Positions 1 through 14,150 of a stretch of DNA of 64,000 nt are shown here, piece after piece. The stretch lies in assembly GCF_009914755.1 (NCBI RefSeq), contig NC_060934.1. One strand, 5' to 3'. The position numbers were made by a program, and so were the translations under genes. Source of the DNA: the human T2T-CHM13v2.0 reference genome, Homo sapiens. The notes beneath the pieces are model-generated. The model was not told the origin of the DNA. It worked only from the letters and a program-made list of their open reading frames with translations, and did not search any database. How positions within the stretch are numbered: the stretch's first letter is position 1; each line of letters begins with the position of its first letter.

Positions 1-152
1 GATCTCACAAGCACTCACTCACTATTGTGAAGACAGCACCCAGCCATGAGGGATCTATCCTCATGACCCAAACATCTCTCATCAGGCCCCACATCCAACA
101 CTGGGGATTGTGTCCCAACAGGAGAATTGGAGGAGACATCCAAAATGTATCA
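1..152 (-). mobile_element. MaLR LTR (MST-type), partial, runs off the window start
   Basis: Resembles reverse complement of the MST LTR 5' end (cactcactcactatt...caggccccacatccaacactggggatt...atccaaaatgtatca; consensus starts TGATATGGTTTGG). Confidence 0.8.
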
Positions 153-316
153 GAGAGATGGATAGATCTAAGATTGGCTAAGAATCAATACATTGATTTA
201 ATTTAATACAACCTAGCTTTCAACATATCATGACAGAATGAATTTAAGAATATAGAAACATGAATAATGCAGAAGCATGTCAATGTTAAACTCTTAAGTT
301 TAAAAAATAAGTTAAT

Positions 317-598
<282 letters not shown>

Positions 599-2272
599 TT
601 ACAACATGAACTTGTTTTTGAACAGAGTATATAAAAACTGATAGGAAAAATGTGTGGAAGCGCATATAGAAACATGTTTAGATACTTCTTTTTAGAGAGT
701 TTATAAATGATTTCATTTTTTCTTCATAGTGATATTAATGTTCATATTTTTAATCAATTCATAGAAAAATGGCTTTATACTTTCATGAGGGTTGGCTGTG
801 CCCTTATGTAAACTTTAGTTGTCTTCTGATTTGCATGTTGCTTGAATAAGTTACTATACGATTGTCAAAAAATATATAAAATACTTAGGATTTCATGATT
901 CTTATATTTTAAAACTGAATGAAAATTAGAGAAATTAATATGTCTTTTAGAATAAAATATGTGGTTTGCTGCAGAATTCCTGTACTTCCTAATTGTCCTT
1001 CCATGACTGGAATACAAACCCACCCATGGGCTTACCACAGTTGGAGAGATATAAATGGATTGTTCTCTTGAAGGGAGCTTCAGACCAACCTTCCTCCTCA
1101 TTCTAGTCTTCAAGCCTCTCTCCTGCCTCTGAACAAAGCCTTTCGGGCTCGTGATGTGCTGTCCCAATTGCAGAAATAGTTCCACTATCAACCTGCTACA
1201 TCATAAAATTCAGCCTGATCACATGGAGAAAATGTGACCTTCTGAGTAATTTGTCACTCTGAATAAAGTATCTCCTTATTAGAGAAGAGACTGTCTGTCC
1301 TCAGGGCACTTTGGAACAGTCAATTGCTAACTCTATTTAGACGTTTTTCCTCATTGCAAGGTGAATAAAGGTAGAAACCTTGCTGTGAGTCATGATCCAG
1401 CTCATGCCATCTGGTTAATCTAAGACTCTAAATAAGATGTCACCATCATTTGCCTAGAGAATGTCATTGGCCCAGAGAATATCTCATTCTGTAGAGTCTG
1501 AGATATTACATTACGGCTACCTTTGTTTTTTACCCTAAACATTCTCTCTAGCCTTCTCTCTCATAATGCTTCTACATTTAATCTGAGAGAGCAATGTTTA
1601 CACTAAAAGAGGGTCTCATGCACTATAGGAGGTAATGGTGGCATGTATATTGAAGGGGGCATATTCTCAGGCCAGCCTCCTGCCATGATGGTAAAGATGG
1701 GACATGAAGAGAGGGTATGGCCATTGCCCAAGACTCCAGCTGAACAGACTCGGCTGCACTAGGGCTGGCTGCCAACTAGGTCCTCTGTACAGTTCCAGGT
1801 GTCCATGCAGGGAAAAAGTCCAGCCCCACATTTGGGCCTTAAGCAAAAGACTATAGCGTCAAAAGGCCATGATCCAGGCCAGTTGTTCACTCTGGAAATT
1901 CTGAGGTATGGCAGCAGAGAAGAATCCAGTCCCAGCAGTTTGGACAAGTGTAAGCAGACACACATTTGACATCATAAAAATTTACAGGCTAGGTAGTTAG
2001 ACCATGGCCCTAAGAGAGGTTGCAAAGATAAGATTCCAGAGCTTGGAGAGAAATCTAAAGAAAAATTGACAGGGCCTCAGTTTTATAGGGATTGGGATAA
2101 TAAACAGGTTAAGAGAACCTAGGGATATGGCTTAAGTGCTGTGGTTTGAATGAGACCTCAGGACAATGCTGGCTCACAAGCAAGCGTAGGAATACTGAGG
2201 CCTTCTGTGCAAGGTTGGTCTAGGAGATGAAGACCGATGATCCTGCAGGTGACCATAGGGTAAAGAGATCAA

Positions 2273-2706
<434 letters not shown>

Positions 2707-2997
2707 CTATAAAGCTTCCTTAGTGATACCAACAAGCAAGTGTCAGCCTGTCCTTGTCACAGCATTGGGGAAAATCCCTGACTCACAGAAATAACTTTGT
2801 TTTGTGGTCTGCGCTAAGGTAACAAGGAAGAGAGACCCTGGTTTAACCTAAAGTCTCTATCCTCATGGTCTGGTCTCTCTGGTATTCTTGCTGCACCTCA
2901 TGGGAAGAGAACAAAGAATAAATGAGTCCTAGAAATAGAATCATAATCTTTCTAGCCTGTTCATGGCATATTAATTTTACTGTTTAATAGTAATTTT

Positions 2998-3070
2998 TCC
3001 AGCTAGAATATAAGCCCTGTGAGAGTAGGGATGGGGCCAGTCTTATTCACTGATGTGTCCCTGGAGTCTG
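2998..3070 (+). mobile_element. L2 3' end fragment
   Basis: ctagaatataagccctgtgagagtagggat...tcttattcactgatgtgtccc resembles the L2 3' terminus. Confidence 0.5.
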
Positions 3071-3455
3071 ATGGGTTCCTGGGTGAGTTTGAGTAGTCAT
3101 AGGAGGGAGTGATTTCAGGAAGCTGTAAGAGATTTTGTTTTTATGTTAGACTTACCAGACTGGCATATGGCTGCTGGATCTGGCTACTGCAGGAGAGAAG
3201 ACAGATACTAGAGGCCTAAAATGCAGTGTGAGCTCATCAAGGAAGGAGAGAGACCAAAATGGAAAAGTGAGTGGGACATAGGAAGCAGAATTGAAGCCTG
3301 AGAGAAAGAAGACTATATAGAGCCAGACACCCCAGAGTGAGGCCAGTCTCCAGAGAGGCCTGAGATGGGGATGGGCTTGGAGGAAGAAAATTTCAAGTGT
3401 TCTCTTAGTAAAAGGAGCTTTCTCCAATAAAGTGAGCCCTTCCAGAAATCCAATT

Positions 3456-3533
3456 TCTCATCTCATCTCATCTCATCTCATCTCATCTCATCTCATCTCA
3501 TCTCATCTCATCTCATCTCATCTCATCTCATCA
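3456..3533. repeat. (TCTCA)15 pentanucleotide microsatellite
   Basis: 15 perfect copies counted at 3456-3530 plus a partial tca. Confidence 0.98.
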
Positions 3534-3869
3534 TATGGTGATGTTGTTGATGGTAGGTACCCGACCCTGTCTCAGAGTAAGAATGCTGGTTATCAGGAGC
3601 TCAACTGAGGTGATATTTGAATGATCAGTTAAAGCAACAAGACAAAAGCAAAAGTAATTGCCAAGGACTGAATCACTTACTGCAGCAGTATAATCAAGAG
3701 GTCAAACTAGAGTGGAGTCAAAGTATTGACTTCCCTCTTTCCATTTCCTGTCATGGTACAGCACACCTATAGCAGGGTGTCACTGCCTAGTGAGTCCTGA
3801 ATGCAAAGCTCACACAGTTTATTGGCCCTGGGACCTGGCAGAGAGAGAGGGGCCACCACCAAAGTGGGA

Positions 3870-4057
3870 AAAGGATAGGAATGGATTCTCCCCAGAGCCT
3901 CCAGAAGGGGCTGTCAATAGATGGATAACTCGGTTTTTGATCAGATGAAACTGATTTTGGATTTCTGGCCTCCAGAATTGTGATGGAATACATTTCTGTT
4001 ATTCAAGCCACCAAACATGTGGTAATTTGTTACAGCATTCATAAGAAAATAATACAC
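3870..4057 (+). mobile_element. MLT1 (MaLR) LTR 3' part
   Basis: ggattctccccagagcctccagaagg...ttctggcctccagaattgtga...aagccacc...gtggtaatttgttacagca...aataca. Confidence 0.8.
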
Positions 4058-4199
4058 CCTCTGCCACCAGCACCATTGTCCATGCTACCATGGTCTAAAA
4101 ATGGTTCCTAGTAAAGTTTCAAGAGTCTCCGAACTTGTGTCCCTAATCCACATTATCACCCAAACCAACCAATTTCCTACATTACAGGTAAAAAGGACA

Positions 4200-4800
4200 T
4201 TACATCTAAAAGTGATCTCATGATCTCTGATCGTGTCATCCACTTTCCCTAGCTTCTACCACTTCTTCAAAGGTTTCTCATTGTTCCTAAAATAGAAAAC
4301 AATTTTTATGACAGTTACATAATTTGCAGGCACCTTCATGGTCTAACTACTGGCTACCTCTCCAGCTTTATCTTACACTCCTCTTTCTCTTTTTTACTCA
4401 AGCAAACCAGCCACACTCATCTGCCTTTTGCCTTGTGCACTCCTTACATTTCCTGCTTCATCATCTCTTCTCCCTCCTACCCAACCACATTTAACTCCAA
4501 ATCATCCTTGATGTTACAGCTCATCTTTCTGTAATTCTTCTGTCATACTCCTACCTCCCAAAGTCAAAACAATCTATTTTATGGTCTCCTAACATAATAT
4601 ACCTCTGAAGTTATACTTTTAATTAGCATATGTGTGTGTGTGTGCTTGTGTGAATGTGTGTCTGTCTGCCTGTCTCCTCTCAGAGTACCAGCTTTCAGAA
4701 TATAAACCCCATGATGGCAAAAATAATTTATGATTATTCTCTCCATTATATCCTCTAACCTATCATAGTTGATGCTCAGTCCATTGAATAATTTGAATGC
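4200..4800 (+). mobile_element. L2 3' region, highly diverged, with (TG)n
   Basis: ccttcatggtctaactactggctacctctccagctttatct and catagttgatgctcagt...tgaat are L2-like motifs. Confidence 0.5.
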
Positions 4801-5153
4801 ACATAAATTAGGAGACTGCTGCCCCAATCATGGCAGTACCACTGACTAGGGTGCTTCCATTAAATAAATTTCTGTCTTTTGTTATTAAAATTTATGTGTA
4901 CACATGCAAATCTCACCCACTAGGGAACCTAACCATTTGGGAATAAATCATTTAAAGGGAGTTCTCAGTCTCTGGAAGTTTGAATAGAGAGAATTGTACA
5001 TATTGCTTTTGTTCCCATATTCCAGATTAAATAATTGAGAATGAGAGAAGGCAGAGGTTCTATTCAGCATTACCCGCTAGTGGGTCTGGTTTCAAACTCA
5101 GCTTTGTATACACTAAAACCACAACATTTCCTTAAATTCTTCCTGCTAACTCC

Positions 5154-5188
<35 letters not shown>

Positions 5189-5510
5189 TTTTAGGTGTCT
5201 CTGTGTGTGTGTGTGTGTGTATTCAGATACACAGAGACAGTAGACTATATACTGGGAGTGTGTATATATGTATGTATACATACAAACACATACACAGATA
5301 ATAAGATGATATATATGTATATGAATATAAATATATCTATATATGTGTATATCTATACATATATGTATAGATATTATGCACATATATTTTTATATACATA
5401 TATAAATATATGTATATAAATCTATACATAGATTATGTGTGTGTATATATATGTGTGTGTATTTATGCATAAGTGTGTGTTTTTATATATGTATGTGTGT
5501 GAGTGTATAG
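5154..5510. repeat. (TA)n/(TG)n low-complexity tract
   Basis: Alternating TA/TG/CA runs visible directly. Confidence 0.9.
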
Positions 5511-6088
5511 TCTCTCAAATAGACTATAATATACTCTTTGGGCAAAGGGGCAATGTTTTATAATTCCATGTTAAGTCTAACTGAAGCCCTAGACCAGTGG
5601 TCTAATGCTTGGAGAATGGATCAGGTATACAGCTGGTGATCAAGGCAGCCAGATCCAAAACTCCTGACATCAGGAGAGTCAGACACTATAGGGCAGAGAT
5701 TATTTGCTCACTGATGGGTGGAGAGGTTAACTGGATCACTAAGTTCCTGTATTTTCTTTGTTTCCCACAACCCAGTATGCAGCACCTCTAAATAAATATG
5801 GCATTAAGTTAGATTGGACAGTTTTGCAATAAAGTTTTTAAAAATTGAAGATCTGCTTTTAATTCCAGTCTTAATTAAAGCCAAACTTTCCTTAGAAACT
5901 CAGGAGGAGAGATTTGCTCTCAGCTCATTCCCTTCCATTCTTAATAGACAGAAGAAGAAAGACCTTCAGATGCATAGGCTGGAAGAAAAGTTTAATTCTC
6001 TCTAAGCCATATCCGGTTGGGTTGTGAAAGAACCTTACATATCCTGACATCCTCCTCAATTGGCTCCCCTAGTATGACCATACTGTAG

Positions 6089-6190
6089 TTTCCTGAGAGA
6101 CTAATGCTGCTATAAAGAAAGTCAATATTTGATGAGCAATTTCCTGAGAGACTAGTGCTGCTGTAAAGAACCTCAATATTTGATGAGCAA
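6089..6190. repeat. 51 bp tandem duplication (2 copies, 4 mismatches)
   Basis: tttcctgagagactaatgctgctataaagaaagtcaatatttgatgagcaa followed by tttcctgagagactagtgctgctgtaaagaacctcaatatttgatgagcaa. Confidence 0.95.
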
Positions 6191-7240
6191 TACTTGATGA
6201 GTAAAATGAGAAAATCTCTATTATTTTCAAAAAGTAACAAATAAGCAACAAAAGTAAGACCCAGAAATCTTCAGAAAACATATTGCTTGGGAGAAGAGAA
6301 AAAAGAAAAAAAATCCACTTTCTCTTTTGTACTTACATTTTCTTACATTCTTGATTGTTCTTGAGATATTCACTAATCCTATCTTGGTCCAGATCCTTTA
6401 GAGGCAAAATATCAGATATGTAAGGTCAGCTTCGAGGAGAGTCACGACAGAGAACCTCTATTGGCCGAGACACTAACTTCAAACCTGAATTTCAAGTGAT
6501 TATGAGCAATACTAAAACATCGAATGGATCTTTTTGTTTTTTCTGGAGAAGAGTCCACACTGAGTTATAAGGGGTTCTAGAATCTGCCTACTTCCAATTT
6601 TGTTCATCCTGCCTTCATATAAGAGTAACAGCCCATTCTTGGATGGACAGTTTAGAACTTATAAACAATCTCATTTATAATGCTTAAGAGTAACTCTGTA
6701 TTGAAGTTACCTTGCAATGAATCCTCTGGGAATTCAAATAGTCCCTTTATTCTGTGAAAACCTATGACTCTCAAAACTGTGCTAATTTATCATATGAGTT
6801 TATACTGGTATACAATTACCTACAGCTTACCTGTAGTTCAACTCTACTCATCCTTATTTATGTGGGCGCTTCATTTAAAATGGTGAGTATTAATTTCATT
6901 TTAATACTCGGTGCCTTTTTGCTATTTGATCTATGCCTTTTTGCTATCTATGTGTCTTCTTTTTTTCCTGAAATCAATTGCTTCATTTGTCACTTCTCAT
7001 GTTGTCACTCTAAAAATAGGATATAGAAAATGCAGTTTCAAATCGTGTAGCCAATTATCACTGGAGTTATCACAGCCTGACAGCAGGCAGAAAGGAAAAA
7101 AAAAAAAATCAGAACTATTTAAATCATGGCATTAGTAACATCCCAGGCCCAGCTGTGAGAAGAGAGGTTGTGCTATGGCAGGAAAAAACACCAGAGTGGG
7201 GAATCCCAATTAACTGGGCAAGTGAAATTCAAAATTCATT

Positions 7241-7520
7241 ATTTTCTTTTCTTTTTTTTTTTTGAGATGGAGTCTCACTCTGTCGCTCAGGCTGGAGTTC
7301 AACTCGCCTCCCATGTTCAAGCAATTCTCCTGCCTCAGCCTCCCGAGTAGCTGGGCTTACAGACAAGTGCCACCATGCCCGGCTAGTTTTTGTATTTTTA
7401 GTAGAGATGGGGTTTCCCGTTGTTGGCCAGGCTGGTCTCAAACTCCTAACCTCAAATGATCCTCCTGCTTCAGCCTCCCAAAGTGCTGGGGACTACAGGC
7501 CTGAGCCATCGCGCCTAGCC
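7241..7520 (-). mobile_element. AluS (Sx/Sz-like) SINE with about 24 nt right-arm deletion
   Basis: Poly(T) then gagatggagtctcactc...gcgcctagcc; TSD caaaattcatt at 7230-7240 and 7521-7531. Confidence 0.93.
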
Positions 7521-7985
7521 CAAAATTCATTTTGTTAATGCATTTAGTTTGTCTTTTTATTATGTATTTCTGGTGGGGAAGATATAAAAATAAAACTTTT
7601 CAGTAAAATTATTTCTGAATTATTGTACATATATCTAGAATTCTAAATATTTTCAAAGGAAACTTCAAGACACAGCGAAAATATTTTCGTTCTTTATATT
7701 TTGTAGCTTAGCTGCCACACATTGAGGATTTCAACCCAAAATAGGCTACAGGTCCATTTGAGAGAAATGAAGGGCCTAAAATTAAAATAAAACAAAACCA
7801 AACTTCAAGTAGTCTTAATAGGAGGAGGGCCTACCATTGTCTGTTCAGTTTCTACATTTAACTCAAGTAACACTGAGTTTTTCTTATTATTTGCTTTGAG
7901 GGATACTAAGATTCACATCTGTTAATTAACAAAATAAATCTGTAAATTAACAAAGCAGAAAATACTGTCTATTTAAAAACAAAAT

Positions 7986-8320
<335 letters not shown>

Positions 8321-8877
8321 ATACCCAGTCCAGTGAAATCTTTCCCATGAATATGCAATCAATGTTGTCACTATAACAACTGCACACAAGAAGAGGGAAG
8401 GTCAGGCTGTTGGCATTGGATATGGTTGCATATGAAGCATTGATAATGTGCTTTCTTCTCTTCTTTCATGGTATGCATCTTCTTCAAAGAAAGGATAAGA
8501 TCTCAAAGCAAGAAACTTTCTTCTGTTCAATCTGTGCTACAAGCTGTTAGTCAGCTGGCTTGTCCAAAGTTACTCCTCCTGCTTGGGTGGATTGATAGTA
8601 AGCCCGACTTCCTAGCCTGGATAACAGCCACTTTTACAAATCCTATTATGTCATACACTTCTCTCTTTCCATATGCACAAAAGTTGTGAATATTCATCCA
8701 ATGCCATCAGCATTTGATTATTTCTATCTCACCTACTAGGCTATAAGCTCCATTAGTACAAGGATGTGTTTTTGTTTGTTTGTTGTTTGTTTCACTTTTA
8801 TGCATCCTAGAAGCTATTTCTTTCAGTTATCTATTACTGTGCAGCAATTTACCACAAAACCTAGTGACTATAAACCA

Positions 8878-9800
8878 GTGTGATGATTACTCAAAAAAAA
8901 TTAGACACAAAATTACCACATATGGTTGTAAATTTAAAACAACTGAAAGCAAGAACACAGACATTTGTATGACCACAATCATAGCCACATTATTCACAAT
9001 GGTCAAAAGGTGAAAGCAATCCAAGTGTCTATTGATGGATGAATGGACAAAGAAATATTATTCAGTCTTAAAAAGGAAGGAAAGTCTGACACATGCTGCA
9101 AACTAGATGAAATTTGAAGACATCATGCTAAACAAAGTAAGCCAGTCACAAAGGAGCAAACACTGTATCATTCAACTTAGATGAGGTAACCTGGAGTAGT
9201 CAACATCATAGAGACAGAGAGTAGAATAGTGGTTGCCAGAGGCTGGGGAGAAAGTGTAATGGTGAGTTAGTATTTAATGATAAAGAACAACAGTTAGGGA
9301 AGATGACAACGTTATGAAGATGGATGGTTGGTGATAGTTGCATGTTTTAGTCCGTTTACACACTGCTGATGAAGACATACCTGAGATTGGGTACTTTATA
9401 AAGAAAAAGAAGTTTAATGGACTCACAGTTTCATGTGGCTGGGGAGGCCTCACAGTCATGGCAGAAGGTGAAAGGCATGTCTTACATGGTGGCAGACAAG
9501 AAAGAATGAGAGCCAAGCAAAAGGGCTTTCCCCTTACAAAACCATCAGATCTCATGAGACTTATTCTCACGAGAACAGTATGGGGGAAACCGCCCCTGTG
9601 ATTCAATTATCTCCCACTGGATCCCTCCCACAACATGTGGAAACTATGAGAGCTACAATTCAAGATGAGATTTGGGTGGAGACACAGACAAACCATATTA
9701 TTGCACAATGATGTAAATGTACTTATCATCACAGAAGTCCATACTTAAAAATGGTTAAAGTAGTAAATTTTATGTTTTGTGTATTTTACTACAATAACAT
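8878..9800 (+). mobile_element. L1MB-like 3' end (end of ORF2 plus 3' UTR), split by THE1
   Basis: catagagacagagagtagaatagtggttgccagaggctgggg...gatggttggtgatagttgca|caatgatgtaaatgtactt...aaattttatgttttgtgtattttactacaat. Confidence 0.85.
9343..9700 (-). mobile_element. THE1 (THE1B-like) solo LTR
   Basis: tgttttagtccg...aaaccatatta; perfect 5 bp TSD ttgca at 9338-9342 and 9701-9705. Confidence 0.93.
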
Positions 9801-12800
9801 GCATGCACACACACACACACACACACATGCAAACATATTACTTCACAGTTTCTGTGGGTCAGAAATTTATGCATAACTTAACTGGGTCCCCTGTTTCAGA
9901 GTCCCTCACAAAACTGAATCCAGGTGGCACTGACTAAAGGTCTCATCTGATCTATGACTGAAGAAGGATCCACTTCTAAGGTTGTGTGGTTGTTTGCTGA
10001 GTCAGGACCTCAAAGTTTTTAGGACCAAAAGCCTCAGTTACTAACTGGATATTGGTTCCAGGCTATTTTTCTGTTCCTTGCTATATGGTCCTCTTCAAAT
10101 GTCAACTGGCTTAATCAAGACAAACCAGCCAAGAAGGCAATAAAGAGAGCAGCAAGACAAATGTCACAATATTTTGTAATATAATCAGAGAAGTGCATCC
10201 CTTAATGCTGTCATATTTTTTGGTTATAGCCAAATTGCTTAAGGAGAAGACATTACAAATAGCCATAAATAGCAGGAGGTTAGGTAGGACTTACTGGGAC
10301 CGTTTTAGAAGTCTCTCTAAGAAGGTAGATAATAGGAATGGGTGAGAACTCCGAAGACAAGTTGAATCCTCCCACAGACAGGAGGTCATTGCTGAGCAGC
10401 AGCTCTACCCTGAACTCTGAGTCTTTAGTAAGGAAAGATGAAATTACAGGCTAGGGTCATGTCAGAGTCAGTCCAGAAGGAAGGCAATTTTGTTATTTTA
10501 GGAAAATAATGACCAGCTTTCTGGGTCAGGGAATGCATAGAGCCTAAGACTACTGCCAGGATGCAGCAGTATTTAAGACTCAGTCCAGTTCAAATGCTCT
10601 ACACCTTGCTGGATGGGTTATGCAGATATTTGTGGTTGAAGCCTAGACCTTAGATTTTTCTAATTACTTTCTGTAATGGCTTTATAATTGGGATGGATTC
10701 CAAGTTAATTGTCTGATAGGCTTCTTTGGTTAAAAACTTCGACTGCAAAATATTTGCCAAGGCAACTCTACTTGCCATCTTTTCTGCCGATAAGATTTGA
10801 GAATTATACTTCTGGGCCAAGGGCAAGGGAAGCTTCTCAAGAGCTCCAATGCAAGGTGATTTTTCTGACTCTTGAGCAAAGAAATTTCTGGGTGATCAAT
10901 GTAGCCTTTTTGACCAAGAACTTTATTTGGGGATATGGGGAGTAAAGGTGATAATACAGCTAGAGTGGAGAGACAGAGGAGAATGTTTTGTTTATTTTTA
11001 TGAAGAGTCATCATGGCTTTTTTGTTTGTTTTTTCAAAGTGGGATGCTCAATAAAGGCAGGGGGAAATCATGTCACCTAGTGAAAGGACAAAAAGGCACA
11101 TCAAATAAATAAAATGGACACCAAAGAGCCTCTCCTCAACCTGAAGCTGTCTCCTCCAATGTTGTGCATGGCTATCATTTGTTCTAAGTGACAAGAACTT
11201 CAGATTCCAGAAAACAATTAGCTCTTAGTCCAACATTTTGTAAAACAAAAAATGACATCCTTCCTCTATCTGAATCAAATACCCTAACTATATGAATAGT
11301 TAATATGTAAATATTTACATGCATAATAATACTCACAAACTACATGCATGTATTTGCAAATTGCATATGTATTTACAAATACCAAGGACTTTTCATTTCC
11401 ATTTCATTTTTCATGAGGATTTTTTATCTCAATAGGAAATCAACGTATAGAGTGGCCATAGTTATCTTCCTGTAATTCCATCATAGGAGATTATTATTGT
11501 TAGGTAAAATGACACACAGATATGTTAACTTAGTCACAACAATTTTAGGGATGAGAACGGGTGGACATAAATGGGGAAGTTTCTAGTGGATTGCCTTCCT
11601 TGACTCAGTGGAGCTCTTTCACTTAATCAGCCTAAAAAATGCAGTTGGATACAGAATCCTGCCACTGAAGCTCTAAGTAACATGAAGAAGGTACCTTAGA
11701 CATCCCATAAGGAATGTGAATCCAAAGAACTAGGAACTAGCCAAACCTCACCTTCATCAACAAGTAGCTTGTTTCTAGTCTATTTTGCTGGTTGTAAATT
11801 TGCTGTAGTGCAAGTAACCAATCCTGTATGAATGAAAAAAAAACATATCAATTAATAACGAAGGCTTTTATGGCAAAGAAGCCAATATTTTAGACAGATT
11901 TAAGATGTCTTCATCAAAAAGATGAAAACAATGTAAAAGGTTTGCCTTTACTGACTCTGCTTTTTTTTAAAATTCTGTCATTCCAAACAGTTCAAATGTA
12001 AAAGTGATACTATTTTCCATTTTTTCATCTAGGAATTCATACCACCTCCCACTGGCTTGAATGTAATATCTTTAAAAAAATTCACTATTTCCAGTGTTAC
12101 AAGTATCCTCTTTTAAATTATATTCAGTCTAAAAACTCATTCTCTATGATAAAGTAAGTTATCTTTCTTATTTCTTTTTGGAATACCCTGAACTTGCTTA
12201 TCAATCTTGGAATGCACTTGAGATACCAAACCTCAAAAAATACATTGAGCTCTGAAATTTTCTAAGAGAATTTCTCAGCACACCAAGGCTCGCTTTCTGA
12301 AACCATGCTCTTGAAACCAGGCAACTCCAAAGGCTCTTCCTCCTTTTCCTCAAATTTATTGTCAAAAATTTGTGAAATTCTTTGTAGAAACAAACAGTAA
12401 AAACCAGAATGTGTTCCTGTCAACATACTATTTTGCTTTAAAATCTAGTTTCTCCTTCCTCTTCCTTCTCATTTATCTGTCTTAAACACCTTCCTGAAAG
12501 ATTCAGCTTTATATTTTGCATATACTCTAGAATGCATGAGTTATGTAGAATCCTTAAGTTTGGCAATAACATGTCTGATTCCATTTACATCTTGTAGAGG
12601 AAGAAGGGAATTACTGCTTATACAAAATTATATTATGTCCAGCAGGATATTTTTGATGACCCAACACAAGAAATGCAATAGAACATTCAAGTGAGAGGTC
12701 CAAAATGGTTTATTCTTTTATACATAGACAGTCAAATTGGAAGGCTTACTGTATTTCGGTTCCAACATACTGTAAATGATAAACACTTTGATAAAAGAAA

Positions 12801-13289
12801 GATGTTTTGTTATAAATTTAAGTAAACTCCAATTTACCCACAGTTTTTTTTACCTCTAATTTGTTTTGTGTAATGATTTCTTATATTGTAGTGCATTATA
12901 CTTACCTCAATAAAATAATTTTTCCCAAAACAGGGATAGAATTGGTTTAAGTAAATGTGTATTTAAGTTTAATTCCATGTTTAAGCTCAAACAATCTCTT
13001 TTGGTAAGAATTCAAACACACACACACAAAGACATACACATAAATACACACTGAATTTTTCTTGATAGGTTTATGGAAAACTAAAAATTTCTGACTTTTG
13101 CCTGCACTATGTTTACATTATTTTCCCCCTTCTATTATCTCCTCACCCATGTTGATATAAATATAAACATCATATATATATATACCCATATATTTCATGC
13201 TTGAGTTTCCATTTAGAGATTCAATCCGAATTCTATACACAAATATGCTCAAAACTTGAAACACATAAGCTTACTTTAAAGAATGACTC

Positions 13290-13505
13290 ATTGCTGCCCA
13301 TGAAGCTATGTCAATACTTATGCAATTCCTTTTCCTTTCAAATTTATCTTTCCATACTCTGCTTCATGAGACTGTGCAAACAACTCTTCTCTGTCATTAG
13401 ATGGCTTCCTCTTAAGTCCCATAGAAAAATGCACAAAAGGAAGACAAAGACAGGAGGAAGAGAAAAGGAAGGGCTCCTTTCCATTCTGTTCACTGTTTCT
13501 GTCAG
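13290..13505 (+). mobile_element. ERV-L LTR fragment (LTR33-like)
   Basis: ccatactctgcttc...tgcaaac...ggaggaagagaaaaggaagggctcctttcc...ctgtcagc resembles recalled LTR33; directly precedes an ERV-L gag relic. Confidence 0.45.
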
Positions 13506-13529
13506 CAAGTTACTTACTTGAGAAGCAGC

Positions 13530-14150
13530 AGTGTTAAAGGATGTAGTTTCTTTTGATATTCCTGGAACTAGCCGCCTCTGAGGCAGCAGAACCATGTGAG
13601 CATGGTTTATGGGAATGGTTTGATGGTTTACTTGGCACTGAATATAGCAGTGAGTTCTTCACTAAAAGAAAATGGGAAAATGGCAATCCATGGCACTCAG
13701 TTTCCTTACAATTAATGTCACTTGTGGTTGATTGTGACAAAGATCTTACTAGAGCAATAGCTTTGGGCACTAAGTGGCAACTGTACTTTATCTTACAGAA
13801 ATAATAAAGTCTATAAAGCCTGTGAGTAAGATGGCCAATACTCACTGCTCTCTGGAGCTTTCAGAAAGAAATTATGAACTTAGTCTCTAATCTCTGAGAT
13901 CAACTCAGTGGCTAAGTAACAGAAAACTTCAATGGTGGCCTGAAACTAAAATCTTATTTCTTGCAACTCTCTAAAAAAGAAATCCAAATTTTATTGTGTG
14001 GGTTGCATGACTACATGATAATGTGATTTACAGTCACAAAACCCCTCATGTGGTTGTTAGGACATTGGAAAGAAATAGGAACCATGACCTTGGAATAGAG
14101 ACATCTGGATGGATTTAGAAGAAAATGAACACTTTGAACACCTGAATCAT
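13530..14150 (+). mobile_element. ERV-L internal fragment (gag N-terminal relic)
   Basis: Translation GLWEWFDGLL...KWENGNPWHSVSLQL and DNA gttaggacattgg...ttggaatagagacatctgg resemble ERV-L gag (SPW and WDP-TWNGDVW regions); frameshifted. Confidence 0.65.

Larger units (their letters stand above)
8817..10322 (-). mobile_element. MLT1 (E/F/G-like) LTR split by an L1MB insertion (MLT1 parts about 8817-8877 and 9835-10322)
   Basis: cagttatctattactgtgcagcaatttaccacaaaacctagtgac resumes as cacagtttctgtgggtcagaaatt after the L1. Confidence 0.7.

Noticed and set aside
4579-5419. ORFs rich in YI/CV/TH repeats
   Set aside because: Translations of (TA)n/(TG)n microsatellites.
6089-6200. Possible C/D snoRNA or CRISPR-like array (tgatga and ctga motifs, repeated unit)
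   Set aside because: Only two adjacent copies with no spacers; no terminal stem; primate context.
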